A DNA stretch of 64,000 nt from IMGVR_UViG_3300028864_000014:171319-235318; one strand, 5' to 3'; positions 51,125 to 61,391 are shown, counted from the stretch's first letter. Notes: generated from the letters alone by a model not told the origin. Made by a program: numbers and translations.

Positions 51125-52870
51125 TTATGCATTTGCATTAACAATAGTATTTCTATCGTATGCTAACTTTTGAATCACAGATGAATCAACATATAAATCT
51201 TTTGTGTAACTATTATAAATATATGTAGATGCTGTAAAATCTGATAAATGATAATTGTTAATACCAACATCATAATTACCAATATTGAAATTATCACAAA
51301 CATTATTCATCTTAAAATTGCTACCAATTACATTACGATTAAACGCGTTACCAATAGTATTATAGCTAAAAACATTTCCAATGTTATTGATGTCAAATCC
51401 ATTTCCAATAGTATTAAATTGAAAATAATTCCCAATAATATTACCATTAAAATATCCACCAAAAGAATTTCCTGTATTATTATTTTGAAAATTAGAACCA
51501 ATCCTATTATTTTGCGAGCCATTTCCAATAGTATTACATAGAGCAGCATATCCAATACTATTATAACTAAAATATGATTCAATAGTATTACGAGAAAACG
51601 CTTCACCAATATAATTATGAATAAAATATTCTCCAATACTATTATAAAAAAACACATCTGAAATAGTATTATATTGAAACATGCTTCTTATTGTATTATT
51701 ATAAAAACTAGCTCCAATACTATTATTCATAATATTACTTTCAATTGTATTAAATGTAAAATTAACTCCGATACTATTGTGTTCAAAATTTCCTCCTATT
51801 GTATTATTAAAAAAACTAGCTCCAATACTATTATAACTAAAATATGATTCAATTGTATTGCAGTTAATATTATTTCCAAAAAATACAGTATTATTACAAT
51901 TAAGTATATCTCCATCTCCAATGTAATCTTGTTTTATTCTATTAGAATAAATTGTACTATCATATGTATTAAACATCAGATAATCAGTATATAAAGTGGA
52001 TGTTGGAATACTAAAATAAAGATACCAATTTGTTATATTTGGACTAGAATAACTTAAATTAGCCCATTCAAAACGTTTCCAAATAATTTGATTTGTTTGT
52101 GTTGATGGATTCACACCAATTACATTATCAATTAAACATATATAAATTTGTGTTGTCCCACTGATTAAAACAACATCACTTCTCATATATGTTGATCCTG
52201 AATTCCAAATGTTTGTAACATTCAATTGCCATCTTCTAAATTTTACTTGTCTGAAGTCAAATGGAATATCATTATTTTTTAATGTATCAACTCTTCTATA
52301 AATATATCCTTTTGCACATCCAGGCATCATACTTTGATTATTATTGAAATCATAATATATTATATCATTCGGATATAATCTTGAATACGTCTCAGGCTTT
52401 AATGTATTAACACTACTTGCAGTTACTAATAAAGGTTCTGTTGTTCCTGAATTTATAATAGTTGTTTCAGGTATTCTATGTATAGTTTGATAATCAGTAA
52501 TTAAATATGCTTGATTAGTAGTTAATCCACTATTATTAATTAATGTTACTAATCCACTATATGTGACATTTGTAACTGAATTTGTACCTCCACTAGAACT
52601 TATACTAATACCTGATGTTCCTGATGTACCATTTTGTCCAGAACTTCCATATCCAACTGAACCATTCTGTCCTGAAGTTCCTGACGTTCCTGAATTACCG
52701 GAACTTCCTGTGTTTCCAGTTGATCCATTCTGTCCAGATGTTCCAGATTTACCTGCTGTTCCACTAGTCCCATTTTGACCTGATGTACCAGAGGTGCCTG
52801 TTGATCCACCTGTTGTTCCAGATAATCTTCCTTCAACCCATTCTTCACTCGCTAACTGTATATTTACCAT
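51125..52870 (-). CDS. Family F beta-solenoid fibre/adhesin (F4)
   Basis: MVNIQLASEEWV, GTSG linker, core domain, NxIG repeats, conserved C-terminus. Confidence 0.8.
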   Translation of the reverse strand: MVNIQLASEEWVEGRLSGTTGGSTGTSGTSGQNGTSGTAGKSGTSGQNGSTGNTGSSGNSGTSGTSGQNGSVGYGSSGQNGTSGTSGISISSSGGTNSVTNVTYSGLVTLINNSGLTTNQAYLITDYQTIHRIPETTIINSGTTEPLLVTASSVNTLKPETYSRLYPNDIIYYDFNNNQSMMPGCAKGYIYRRVDTLKNNDIPFDFRQVKFRRWQLNVTNIWNSGSTYMRSDVVLISGTTQIYICLIDNVIGVNPSTQTNQIIWKRFEWANLSYSSPNITNWYLYFSIPTSTLYTDYLMFNTYDSTIYSNRIKQDYIGDGDILNCNNTVFFGNNINCNTIESYFSYNSIGASFFNNTIGGNFEHNSIGVNFTFNTIESNIMNNSIGASFYNNTIRSMFQYNTISDVFFYNSIGEYFIHNYIGEAFSRNTIESYFSYNSIGYAALCNTIGNGSQNNRIGSNFQNNNTGNSFGGYFNGNIIGNYFQFNTIGNGFDINNIGNVFSYNTIGNAFNRNVIGSNFKMNNVCDNFNIGNYDVGINNYHLSDFTASTYIYNSYTKDLYVDSSVIQKLAYDRNTIVNANA

Positions 52871-52908
52871 TAATTTTTTTTATTTGTATATATTAAAAAA
52901 CAATAAAT

Positions 52909-52939
52909 AAAAAACTCAGTTAAATTAACTGAGTTTTTT
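52909..52939. terminator. ACTCAGTTAA-class palindrome (copy 3)
   Basis: identical to copy 2. Confidence 0.85.
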
Positions 52940-52941
52940 TA

Positions 52942-53334
52942 TTAATTTCCTATGATTTTAAGTTTTATACTTTTTTTACATATCTCACAAAATACATTAA
53001 ATTGATTAAAAATTGCTTCATCTATTCCAGCTAATTTTTTTCGTTGAATTGCTAATTGCTGATCATATGTATATTCAGAATTAATAAGTCCTGATACTTG
53101 TGATTCATATGATAAAGAATCATATTCATATAATCCTTCTTGAATATAATCACCCATATCAGTGTAAATTTTCCAACCAGTACTTCCAGATGAAAATCTC
53201 AATTCTTTGTAACCATTTTCAATACATAAATCAGAATTGTTATTAAATCCAACTATTCCATCTTTACTTTTTGGTGCTTTTTCGATAGTAACTTTATCTA
53301 TCATTTTTACATACGTTCTTTTAAATATATTCAT
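52942..53334 (-). CDS. fibre-associated small protein / chaperone-like
   Basis: VSGLINSEYTYDQQLAIQR..FNQFNVFCEICK, pattern typical of tail-region proteins in Bacteroidota phages. Confidence 0.55.
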   Translation of the reverse strand: MNIFKRTYVKMIDKVTIEKAPKSKDGIVGFNNNSDLCIENGYKELRFSSGSTGWKIYTDMGDYIQEGLYEYDSLSYESQVSGLINSEYTYDQQLAIQRKKLAGIDEAIFNQFNVFCEICKKSIKLKIIGN

Positions 53335-53343
53335 AATTATTAT

Positions 53344-55305
53344 TTATTTTTGAAATTCATAAGCTCCAATATCAATAGTAGTTCCACTAATTCTATTATT
53401 TGATTTTACATCAAAAACAGATCCATAACCAGAAGTATTATCGCTATTTATTCCGTTGTCTATTAAAAAAGATTGTTCTGAAATATTAAGATTACAAACT
53501 AATACATCATCTACTACTCCTGAATTTAAAGATATTATATCAAAATAAGGACTATTAGTATCTCCACTATTATTAGTAGAAATTGATATATTTCCAATAC
53601 CTGGTCGTTCGTCATTTTCAAATGCAGAATATTCTTCAATACTTGAATTTGTATTAACTACATTATTTTGAGTTCCAGCTATTGATTTATTTCCCCAAAC
53701 TACAGTATTCTTTAATACACAGTTATTTGTACCACCTCCTGAATTTCTGACAACTGAACAATTTATAAGATTAGCAGATTCTGCTCCTCCAACTAGACTT
53801 GCTCCGTAGTTGTTAAAAATTGAGCATGATATTAATGTTCCACCACTTACTCCTCCTACATTACCATTTGAATAATTATTATATACAATTGAACTGATCA
53901 AATTTGAATTATATGATCCTGCTGAGTAACTTAAATAGTTAAGAGATTCATTAGAGTTAATAGAGCAATTTACTAAATTCGAAATAAAAAGTGTTGTTCC
54001 TTTAGCAGCAGTGCTAATGTTTTTATTTATATCAGAATTTGAAAATGATGATAAAAAACCTGCTGAAACACTTCCAACTGTAGAATTATTACTTATAAAG
54101 CAGTTCGTTAGTGATGAATTTATTGCTCCTGCTGATCCACTATATCCATATCGGTCTCCCATATCAGAATTAACTGTTCCAGTATTAACATTACTTGAAA
54201 TTATAGAATTACTAATTGATGAATTTATAACTCCTACTCCACCATTTATATTTCCAATTGATGAATTAAAAGATACTAAGCAGTTATTAAGATTTGCTCC
54301 ATAAACACCACTCCATGATGAATACCAGTAATCGTAAGATTCAATATTATTAATTATTTGACAATTTGATAATATTAATGTACCTGAAGAATGAATTCCT
54401 GCACATAAATATGGTATTGAGTCATTGAAAGAATCCGATATTTGAAATCCGTTTACAACTGATTTTATACCTGAACTACAATAAAGAGTAGTATATGAAG
54501 AAGTTATCTGAGAACCTAATAAATTACCAGACATTATACTTTTATTTTTTGGTACAGGAACAAATAAATCTATATTTCCAGATGGTAATCTTAATATTTC
54601 TTTGTAAGATACCATATCACGCTCATATAGAGAACTTTCAGTACCAATAAATCCTCCGAATATATTTATTCCAGTCTTAAGAAGAAATGATGCAGATCTG
54701 GCATCTCCAATTGTTCTTAATGTAGTAGGTAAATAAGTAATTCCACTTTCAGATCCTTTAACAAAAATTGCATCACCAGAATTTGACAAATCAATAGCTG
54801 TTTGAATATTCTTATACGAATTTGTCCATGATAATCCATCATTAGTATCTAATCCATTATCTCCATCAACATATCTTATAACTGAACCTATTATCTCAAA
54901 TCCATTTTCATCAATTCCAACAGTAGCGATATTTTTATAAATAAGTCCTAGCCTCCAAGTAATGCCATTATCTGATGATGACATTGTATACATATATTCA
55001 CCTACTTCTGTTGGATATTCTAAATTGTCAAATAAAAAATTATTTGGAAAACTTAATGACACATAATCGTTAAGTTTAATTTTTAAATATAATTGAACAT
55101 ATTTACTCATATCAACATTTCCTGTATTTACAGTTACTGTTAATCCTGACGCTGTTGATATATCATATACTTTAATATTCTTGTCTAATATAATAGAACC
55201 TGATACAACTTGTTCAGTGTTATATTGAATTGTGTTACCATCTGTTAAATTTCCTACTATATCAGTTACCCAGTTTTGATTAGCTAAATATATTATTTCA
55301 TCCAT
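53344..55305 (-). CDS. right-handed parallel beta-helix (pectin-lyase-like) tail spike/adhesin
   Basis: IYLANQNWV tag; YVDGDNGLDTNDGLSWTNSYKNIQTAID; GINIFGGFIGTE; terminal RISGTTIDIGAYEF (choice-of-anchor Q-like). Confidence 0.8.
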   Translation of the reverse strand: MDEIIYLANQNWVTDIVGNLTDGNTIQYNTEQVVSGSIILDKNIKVYDISTASGLTVTVNTGNVDMSKYVQLYLKIKLNDYVSLSFPNNFLFDNLEYPTEVGEYMYTMSSSDNGITWRLGLIYKNIATVGIDENGFEIIGSVIRYVDGDNGLDTNDGLSWTNSYKNIQTAIDLSNSGDAIFVKGSESGITYLPTTLRTIGDARSASFLLKTGINIFGGFIGTESSLYERDMVSYKEILRLPSGNIDLFVPVPKNKSIMSGNLLGSQITSSYTTLYCSSGIKSVVNGFQISDSFNDSIPYLCAGIHSSGTLILSNCQIINNIESYDYWYSSWSGVYGANLNNCLVSFNSSIGNINGGVGVINSSISNSIISSNVNTGTVNSDMGDRYGYSGSAGAINSSLTNCFISNNSTVGSVSAGFLSSFSNSDINKNISTAAKGTTLFISNLVNCSINSNESLNYLSYSAGSYNSNLISSIVYNNYSNGNVGGVSGGTLISCSIFNNYGASLVGGAESANLINCSVVRNSGGGTNNCVLKNTVVWGNKSIAGTQNNVVNTNSSIEEYSAFENDERPGIGNISISTNNSGDTNSPYFDIISLNSGVVDDVLVCNLNISEQSFLIDNGINSDNTSGYGSVFDVKSNNRISGTTIDIGAYEFQK

Positions 55306-55355
55306 TTATATTTTTATTTCTATATATAAATTAAATAAAATTAACAATTGAAAAT

Positions 55356-55391
55356 AAAAAACTCAGTTAAAATATTTTAACTGAGTTTTTT
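55356..55391. terminator. ACTCAGTTAA-class palindrome (copy 4), perfect 36 bp
   Basis: AAAAAACTCAGTTAAAAT|ATTTTAACTGAGTTTTTT. Confidence 0.85.
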
Positions 55392-55406
55392 TAGGTATTT
55401 TATGAG

Positions 55407-57197
55407 TTAAGCATTTGCACTCACAATAACAGTCTTATCATATATTAACTTTAACTGTGATGAAGAATTACTAAATATTTCTTTTGTATATGAATTATAA
55501 ACATAAGTAGATGATAAAAAATTTGTTCCAGTAACACCACATTGAATAAAATTGTGAGCAAAATTACTTCCTATTGTATTACCACTAAATGTCTCTATTA
55601 TTGAATTATTTGTAAAATAATTTCCTACTGTATTAATACCAAAATAATTTGATATTGAATTATGTCCAAAATCAGTTCCTATTATATTAGTACCAAATCC
55701 ACTTTTTATTGTATTATACATAAAATTAGTTCCTATTGTATTAGCACCAAAATTACTTCCTATTGAATTATATCCAAAATTAGTTCCTATTTTATTATTA
55801 CCAAAATTTCCTCCTATTACATTCAAAGAAGAATTGTTTCCTATCGTGTTAGTACCAAAATTTCCTCCTACCACATTTAAAGTGAAAGCGTTTCCTATTA
55901 TATTATATCCAAAATTGATATCTATAATATTATTAGTGAGTCCATATCCTATAAAATTAAATTGACAATTACGTTCAATTGAATTATAAGTAAAACTATC
56001 ACCTATTACATTAAAATTAAAACTATTTCCTATTGTATTATCAGAAAAACTTCCTCCTATTGAATTAATAGCGAAACTGTTTCCTAATTTATTTTTATTA
56101 AATGCATATGAAATAGAATTATTATAAAAACTATCTCCTATTGTATTAGTATTAAAACTATTTCCTATTGTGTTCTCATAAAAATTGTTTCCTATAGTAT
56201 TATTATAAAAACCAGATCCAAGTGTGACTGAATTATTGTTTGATATTATATTTGTTGATGACTGTTCAATTGAAATATTGAAACTCGATGAATAATCCCA
56301 AAACATATTATAATCTGTATATCCAGTCGAACATGGAATATTAACACTGAACAAAGCCCAACTATTTTTATATGGACTTGTGTAACTTAAATTACCCCAT
56401 TCAAATAATTTCCAAATTGAATCAATGGATGGATCAATTCCAGTCACAAGATTATTCATACAAATATAAATCTTAGTTGTTCCACCACTTAAAACAACAT
56501 CATTCTTATTGTATGTCGTACTATTATTCCAAATGTTAGTAACATTCAATTGAAATCTTCTGAACTTTACCTTTCTAAAATCAAAAGGTATGTCATTAAC
56601 CTGAATTGTGTCTATCCTTCTATAAATATATCCTTTAGTACAACCAGATACCATACTTTGATTATTAGTATAATTATAATAAATAATATCCTGAGGATAT
56701 AATGCTGAATATGCTTCTGGTTTTAATGAATTAATACCACTTGCTGTAACTAATAAAGGTTCTGTTGTTCCTGAACTTAACTCAGTTGTTTTAGGAATTA
56801 CATATACTGTCTGATAATCTGTTATTAAATATTGATTACCTATTGTTAATCCATTTGAAGATATTAAATTAGATAAACTATTATATGTCAAATTTGTAAC
56901 TGTACTTGTACTTCCACTAGGAGAATTACCAGATGTTCCAGATGTTCCTGAACCTGATGTACCAGAAGTTCCTGAATTTCCAGCAGATCCATTCTGTCCT
57001 GAAGTTCCTGACGTTCCTGAATTACCAGAACTTCCTGTGTTTCCAGTTGATCCATTCTGTCCAGATGTGCCTGATCTACCTGCTGTTCCACTAGTTCCAT
57101 TTTGACCTGATGTACCAGACGTACCTGTTGATCCACCTGTTGTTCCAGATAACCTTCCTTCAACCCATTCTTCACTCACCAATTGAATATTTATCAT
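55407..57197 (-). CDS. Family F beta-solenoid fibre/adhesin (F3)
   Basis: MINIQLVSEEWV; first ~190 bp nearly identical to F4. Confidence 0.8.
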   Translation of the reverse strand: MINIQLVSEEWVEGRLSGTTGGSTGTSGTSGQNGTSGTAGRSGTSGQNGSTGNTGSSGNSGTSGTSGQNGSAGNSGTSGTSGSGTSGTSGNSPSGSTSTVTNLTYNSLSNLISSNGLTIGNQYLITDYQTVYVIPKTTELSSGTTEPLLVTASGINSLKPEAYSALYPQDIIYYNYTNNQSMVSGCTKGYIYRRIDTIQVNDIPFDFRKVKFRRFQLNVTNIWNNSTTYNKNDVVLSGGTTKIYICMNNLVTGIDPSIDSIWKLFEWGNLSYTSPYKNSWALFSVNIPCSTGYTDYNMFWDYSSSFNISIEQSSTNIISNNNSVTLGSGFYNNTIGNNFYENTIGNSFNTNTIGDSFYNNSISYAFNKNKLGNSFAINSIGGSFSDNTIGNSFNFNVIGDSFTYNSIERNCQFNFIGYGLTNNIIDINFGYNIIGNAFTLNVVGGNFGTNTIGNNSSLNVIGGNFGNNKIGTNFGYNSIGSNFGANTIGTNFMYNTIKSGFGTNIIGTDFGHNSISNYFGINTVGNYFTNNSIIETFSGNTIGSNFAHNFIQCGVTGTNFLSSTYVYNSYTKEIFSNSSSQLKLIYDKTVIVSANA

Positions 57198-57249
57198 AGT
57201 TAATTTTATTTCTATATATAAATTAAACTAACTGATTAAACAATAAATA

Positions 57250-57278
57250 AAAAACTCAGTTAAATTAACTGAGTTTTT
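57250..57278. terminator. ACTCAGTTAA-class palindrome (copy 5)
   Basis: with flank CAATAAAT, 38 bp identical to copy 3 region. Confidence 0.85.
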
Positions 57279-57296
57279 AATTTTTTATAAATCTAA

Positions 57297-58874
57297 TTAT
57301 TCAATGACATCTACTATTGTTGTCACATCATATACTAACTTGTTAAGCCCTGTTGAATCAACATATAAGTTTTTAGTATAGGCTAAATAGATATATGTTG
57401 ATGATGATAAATCTAATCCAGATCCAAAATTATCACATATATTGTTCATAGTAAAATTACTTCCAATTGTATTAGTATTAAAGTTACTTCCAATTGAATT
57501 ATTTTGAAAGTTACTTCCAATTGAATTATAATTAAAATCACTTACAATTGTATTACCACTAAAAATACTTTCAATAGAATTATTATTAAAATTACTTCCA
57601 ATTGCATTTCTTTCAAATCCATATCCAATTGAAGTATTAGTATTAAAATCACTTCCAATTGAATTTTTTTGAAAGTTACTTAATATAGTATTATATTGAA
57701 AGTTGCTTCCTATATTATTATATTGATAATAATTATCCACACTATTAAAATTGAAATTATTTGAAATTGTATTATAGTTGAAATTTGCGCCAATTGTATC
57801 ATTATTGGAAAATAGACTTCCAATTGAATTATTATTAAAATTATTTCCAATATTAGAGTTGGAACTAAAATCTGCTCCAATTAAATTATTATAAAAACTA
57901 CTTGCAATATTATTACTAGTAAAATTACCTCCAATTATATTATTGTAAAAATTATTTGAAATTGTATTATAGTTGAAATTATTTGAAATTGTATTACCAC
58001 TAAAATTAATATCAATATTATTATTTTGAAAATATGATTCAATATTATTAGAGTTAAAATTATCTCCTATGTTGTCATTTTTATTAAAATCACTTCCAAT
58101 TATATTATTGTAAAAATTATTTGAAATTGTATTATGGTAAAAATTATTTGAAATTGTATTACCACTAAAAAATTTTCCAATTGAATTATACATAAAGTAA
58201 TTTTCAATACTATTATCATTAAAATTGTCTCCTATTGTATTACCTGAAAAACCAGTTCCTATTTTATTATTCTTAAAATTGCTTCCTATTGTATTACTAT
58301 TAAAACCATCTCCTATTGTATTATCACGAAAATTACTTCCTAAAATTATAGAATTATTTTGATCTATTCTATAATTTAGTGCTCCTATTTTATTATTAAA
58401 AGCAGTTGAATAATCAACAAAAAAATTATAAACTGTAACTCCACTACTTATATAATTATTTACAATCTTAAAATTTCTAAAATCAAAAGGCATATCATTA
58501 TTCTGTATTGTATCTATCCTTCTATAAATATATCCTTTAGTAGAACCATGTATAACATTAGTATTATTATTGAAATCATAATATATAATATCCTTAGGAT
58601 ATAATGCTGAATATGCTTCTGGTTTTAATGTATTAACTCCACTAGCTGTTACTAATAAAGGTTCAATTATACCAGTGAAAGTATTTCCATAATATGCATC
58701 AATATAAATAGTCTGATAATCTGTAATCAAATACTGACTTCCAATTGTTAATACACTATTATTAATCAAATCGCCCAATTCATTATATGTAACATTAGTT
58801 ACTGAAGAACCACCAGTACCTCCGCCTAATTGTCCTTCAACCCACTCTTCACTTGCTAATTGTATATTTATCAT
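57297..58874 (-). CDS. Family F beta-solenoid fibre/adhesin (F2)
   Basis: MINIQLASEEWV; core lacks the RRWQ insert; very regular 9-aa repeats. Confidence 0.8.
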   Translation of the reverse strand: MINIQLASEEWVEGQLGGGTGGSSVTNVTYNELGDLINNSVLTIGSQYLITDYQTIYIDAYYGNTFTGIIEPLLVTASGVNTLKPEAYSALYPKDIIYYDFNNNTNVIHGSTKGYIYRRIDTIQNNDMPFDFRNFKIVNNYISSGVTVYNFFVDYSTAFNNKIGALNYRIDQNNSIILGSNFRDNTIGDGFNSNTIGSNFKNNKIGTGFSGNTIGDNFNDNSIENYFMYNSIGKFFSGNTISNNFYHNTISNNFYNNIIGSDFNKNDNIGDNFNSNNIESYFQNNNIDINFSGNTISNNFNYNTISNNFYNNIIGGNFTSNNIASSFYNNLIGADFSSNSNIGNNFNNNSIGSLFSNNDTIGANFNYNTISNNFNFNSVDNYYQYNNIGSNFQYNTILSNFQKNSIGSDFNTNTSIGYGFERNAIGSNFNNNSIESIFSGNTIVSDFNYNSIGSNFQNNSIGSNFNTNTIGSNFTMNNICDNFGSGLDLSSSTYIYLAYTKNLYVDSTGLNKLVYDVTTIVDVIE

Positions 58875-58910
58875 TTATCATTTTATTTCTATATATAAAT
58901 TAACAAACTA

Positions 58911-58944
58911 AAAAACTCAGTTAAATTATTTTAACTGAGTTTTT
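58911..58944. terminator. ACTCAGTTAA-class palindrome (copy 6)
   Basis: AAAAACTCAGTTAA-attatt-TTAACTGAGTTTTT. Confidence 0.85.
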
Positions 58945-58946
58945 GT

Positions 58947-59561
58947 TTAATTAATATCAGATGTTATATTTAACGATTGATCAAATATTCCCTCACAATA
59001 CATATACTTATTGTCCAATTTTATAATATATAAAATACTATCAATATTTAAATCAGATGATGCAAAATCCTTTATACATTTAAAAGATTCTTTATGAATA
59101 GCATAACTATGAGTGAATAATTTACCTGGAATTTTTTCAATTCCTTTATGTACTTTATCTCTGAATATTCCTTTAATGATATTATTCTCCTTCCTGAATT
59201 GTATCATATTATCAAAATAAAATAAATTCCAATTATTGTTCTTTAAAAAATTAAAACAAATATCTAAATGATAATCTAATTTTTTTTCAATCTCTATGTT
59301 ATCCTGATTAAAACAAACATCATCCTCAAATATAAATATCTTATCATAATCATTTTCTATAGCATCATCTATACAACTAATATGAGATGATTTACAAGAT
59401 TTAGTAGAACTAATATCATCAGTGATAGGAACAATTTTCTTATATTTAGTTATATTTAATATTCTAAACATATTCATTATGTTATCATATCTATCAGTCC
59501 TAATTGGTAAATTTATAAAATATACCATATCAAAATATTCAAAATAATTATGCAGTAGCAT
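58947..59561 (-). CDS. glycosyltransferase family 25
   Basis: VYFINLPIRTDR, SCKSSH, IFIFEDD, WNLFY, THSYAI, IFDQ..SDI. Confidence 0.85.
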   Translation of the reverse strand: MLLHNYFEYFDMVYFINLPIRTDRYDNIMNMFRILNITKYKKIVPITDDISSTKSCKSSHISCIDDAIENDYDKIFIFEDDVCFNQDNIEIEKKLDYHLDICFNFLKNNNWNLFYFDNMIQFRKENNIIKGIFRDKVHKGIEKIPGKLFTHSYAIHKESFKCIKDFASSDLNIDSILYIIKLDNKYMYCEGIFDQSLNITSDIN

Positions 59562-61074
59562 CTACTATTGTTACTTTATCATAAATTAATTTTCTTTGAC
59601 CTGATGAATTAACAAATAAATCTTTAGAATATTGATTATAAACATGAGTGGATGATGTGAAATTTAATCCACTATGATCAAAATTAAAATAATCACAAAC
59701 ATTATTCATTGTAAAATTGCTTCCAATTGTATTACTATTAAAATAACTTCCAATTGTATTATATTGAAAATTACTTCCAATTGTATTACTATTAAAATAA
59801 CTTTCTATACTATTATTTTGAAAATACATTATAATATTATTAAATGTAAATACATTTTCAATCGTATTATTTTGAAAATTACTTCCGATAGTATTATAAT
59901 AAAAATTACCAAAAATAGTATTATTATTAAATAAACTTCCTATACTATTATTTTGAAAAGCATTTCCAATTGTATTATACTGAAAATTATTCAAAATTGT
60001 ATTCCAATTAATCATACCTCCAATTGTATTAAATCTAAAATTTATTCCAATAATATTACTGTCAAAATAATCATCTATTGAATTATTTTGAAAAAAATCA
60101 TCTAATAAATTATCAGAAAAATTGTTTTTTATTGAATTATTATTAAATCCAAAACCAATCAAATTATTGAAAAAATATGAACCTATTTTATTAAAACTAA
60201 ATGAATTAAAAATAGTATTGTTGAAAAAATATGAACCTATTTTATTGTTATTAAATTGATAACCAAATATTACATTATTTGAATATGTAATCATATCTGA
60301 TCCATATATATTTGACATAGGAATTAAAAATTGTTTATCTATAATATTATTAAAACTAGTATTATAATCATTCCAATTACTCCACATATTATAATCTGTA
60401 TAACCAGTAGAACAAGGTAAATATAAAGCATTAAACTGATATCCTACACTTGTCGTACTTACATATGATTTGTTACTTATCATATAAAATGTATTCCAAT
60501 AATTAGTATTACTTAACTGATTACCTGTATTTCCACTTACTATACTAACATACAGAATATTATTTGTATTACCGCTTAAAACAACATTATTACGATTATA
60601 TGTTGTTCCAGAATTCCAAACTTCACTAACATTTATTTGCCATCTTCTAAACTTAACATTCCTAAAATCAAAAGGAATATCATTGTTCTGTGCAGTATCT
60701 ATCCTTCTATAAATGTAACCTTTAGTACATCCAATTACCATAGTCTGATCACTATAGTAATTATAGTAAATTATATCCTGAGGAAATAAACTTGAATATG
60801 CCTCAGGCTTTAATTTATTAACTCCACTTGCTGTAACTAATAAAGGTTCTGTCATTCCACTATTTATATCAGTTGTATTAGGTATCTTATGTACTGTTTG
60901 ATAATCAGTAATTAAATATTGTCCACCAATAGTTAAATTATTAGTATTAATTAATGATGTTAATTCATTATATGTAACATCAGTTACTGAATTTGTGTTG
61001 CCTGTTGATCCACCAGTACCTCCGCCAAACTGTTCCTCAACCCATTCTTCACTTGCTAATTGTATATTTATCAT
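59548..61074 (-). CDS. Family F beta-solenoid fibre/adhesin (F1)
   Basis: MINIQLASEEWV; core, repeats and C-terminus as other F genes. Confidence 0.8.
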   Translation of the reverse strand: MINIQLASEEWVEEQFGGGTGGSTGNTNSVTDVTYNELTSLINTNNLTIGGQYLITDYQTVHKIPNTTDINSGMTEPLLVTASGVNKLKPEAYSSLFPQDIIYYNYYSDQTMVIGCTKGYIYRRIDTAQNNDIPFDFRNVKFRRWQINVSEVWNSGTTYNRNNVVLSGNTNNILYVSIVSGNTGNQLSNTNYWNTFYMISNKSYVSTTSVGYQFNALYLPCSTGYTDYNMWSNWNDYNTSFNNIIDKQFLIPMSNIYGSDMITYSNNVIFGYQFNNNKIGSYFFNNTIFNSFSFNKIGSYFFNNLIGFGFNNNSIKNNFSDNLLDDFFQNNSIDDYFDSNIIGINFRFNTIGGMINWNTILNNFQYNTIGNAFQNNSIGSLFNNNTIFGNFYYNTIGSNFQNNTIENVFTFNNIIMYFQNNSIESYFNSNTIGSNFQYNTIGSYFNSNTIGSNFTMNNVCDYFNFDHSGLNFTSSTHVYNQYSKDLFVNSSGQRKLIYDKVTIVDATA

Positions 61075-61088
61075 TTATTATTTTTATT

Positions 61089-61100
61089 TCTATATATAAA
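61089..61100 (-). promoter_or_regulatory. putative late promoter TTWATATATA(G/C) (representative copy)
   Basis: TATATA core also at 26088, ~28697, 40718, 43491, 52887, 55321, 57213, 58890, 61405, each shortly upstream of a minus-strand ATG. Confidence 0.7.
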
Positions 61101-61118
61101 ATCTTATATTTGAAGAAC

Positions 61119-61198
61119 AGCCTAATCAATTAGAGACGCGTTCCCCAAAAGTCATCAATTACACTCAAGCCTAATCAATTAGAGACGCGTTCCCCAAA
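61119..61198. repeat. exact 31-bp direct repeat x2, 18-bp spacer
   Basis: AGCCTAATCAATTAGAGACGCGTTCCCCAAA at 61119-49 and 61168-98. Confidence 0.95.
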
Positions 61199-61307
61199 CT
61201 ACCAACTCTGAACACTTGAAATAACCTCACCTTATGACTAACACAACACGCAAAATAAACCCACCATGAAATATATGATGAGCAACTTCAATAGCTTAAA
61301 AATGTTT

Positions 61308-61391
61308 TTAACCTACTACAATAGGATCATCTCCAGGTGAAGTTCCCTTAAATGCCTTAGTAGTCGTACTGGTTGTGATAATGTCTTCCAT
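61308..61391 (-). CDS. 27-aa peptide behind late promoter
   Basis: MEDIITTSTTTKAFKGTSPGDDPIVVG*; TTTATATATAGA ~14 nt upstream. Confidence 0.45.
   Translation of the reverse strand: MEDIITTSTTTKAFKGTSPGDDPIVVG

Noticed and set aside
55356-55391. Protelomerase (telRL-type) target site
   Set aside because: Perfect palindrome, but six related copies sit exactly at gene 3' ends, centres vary, and one has an RNA-type G-U mismatch; terminator function explains them.
52600-57140. Collagen-like triple-helix domains
   Set aside because: G-x-x repeats are G-T-S/G-S-S/G-Q-N without Pro and short; better read as flexible linkers.
61119-61198. Bona fide CRISPR array
   Set aside because: Only two repeats, 18-nt spacer, no cas genes or leader; kept only as a repeat pair of unknown role.
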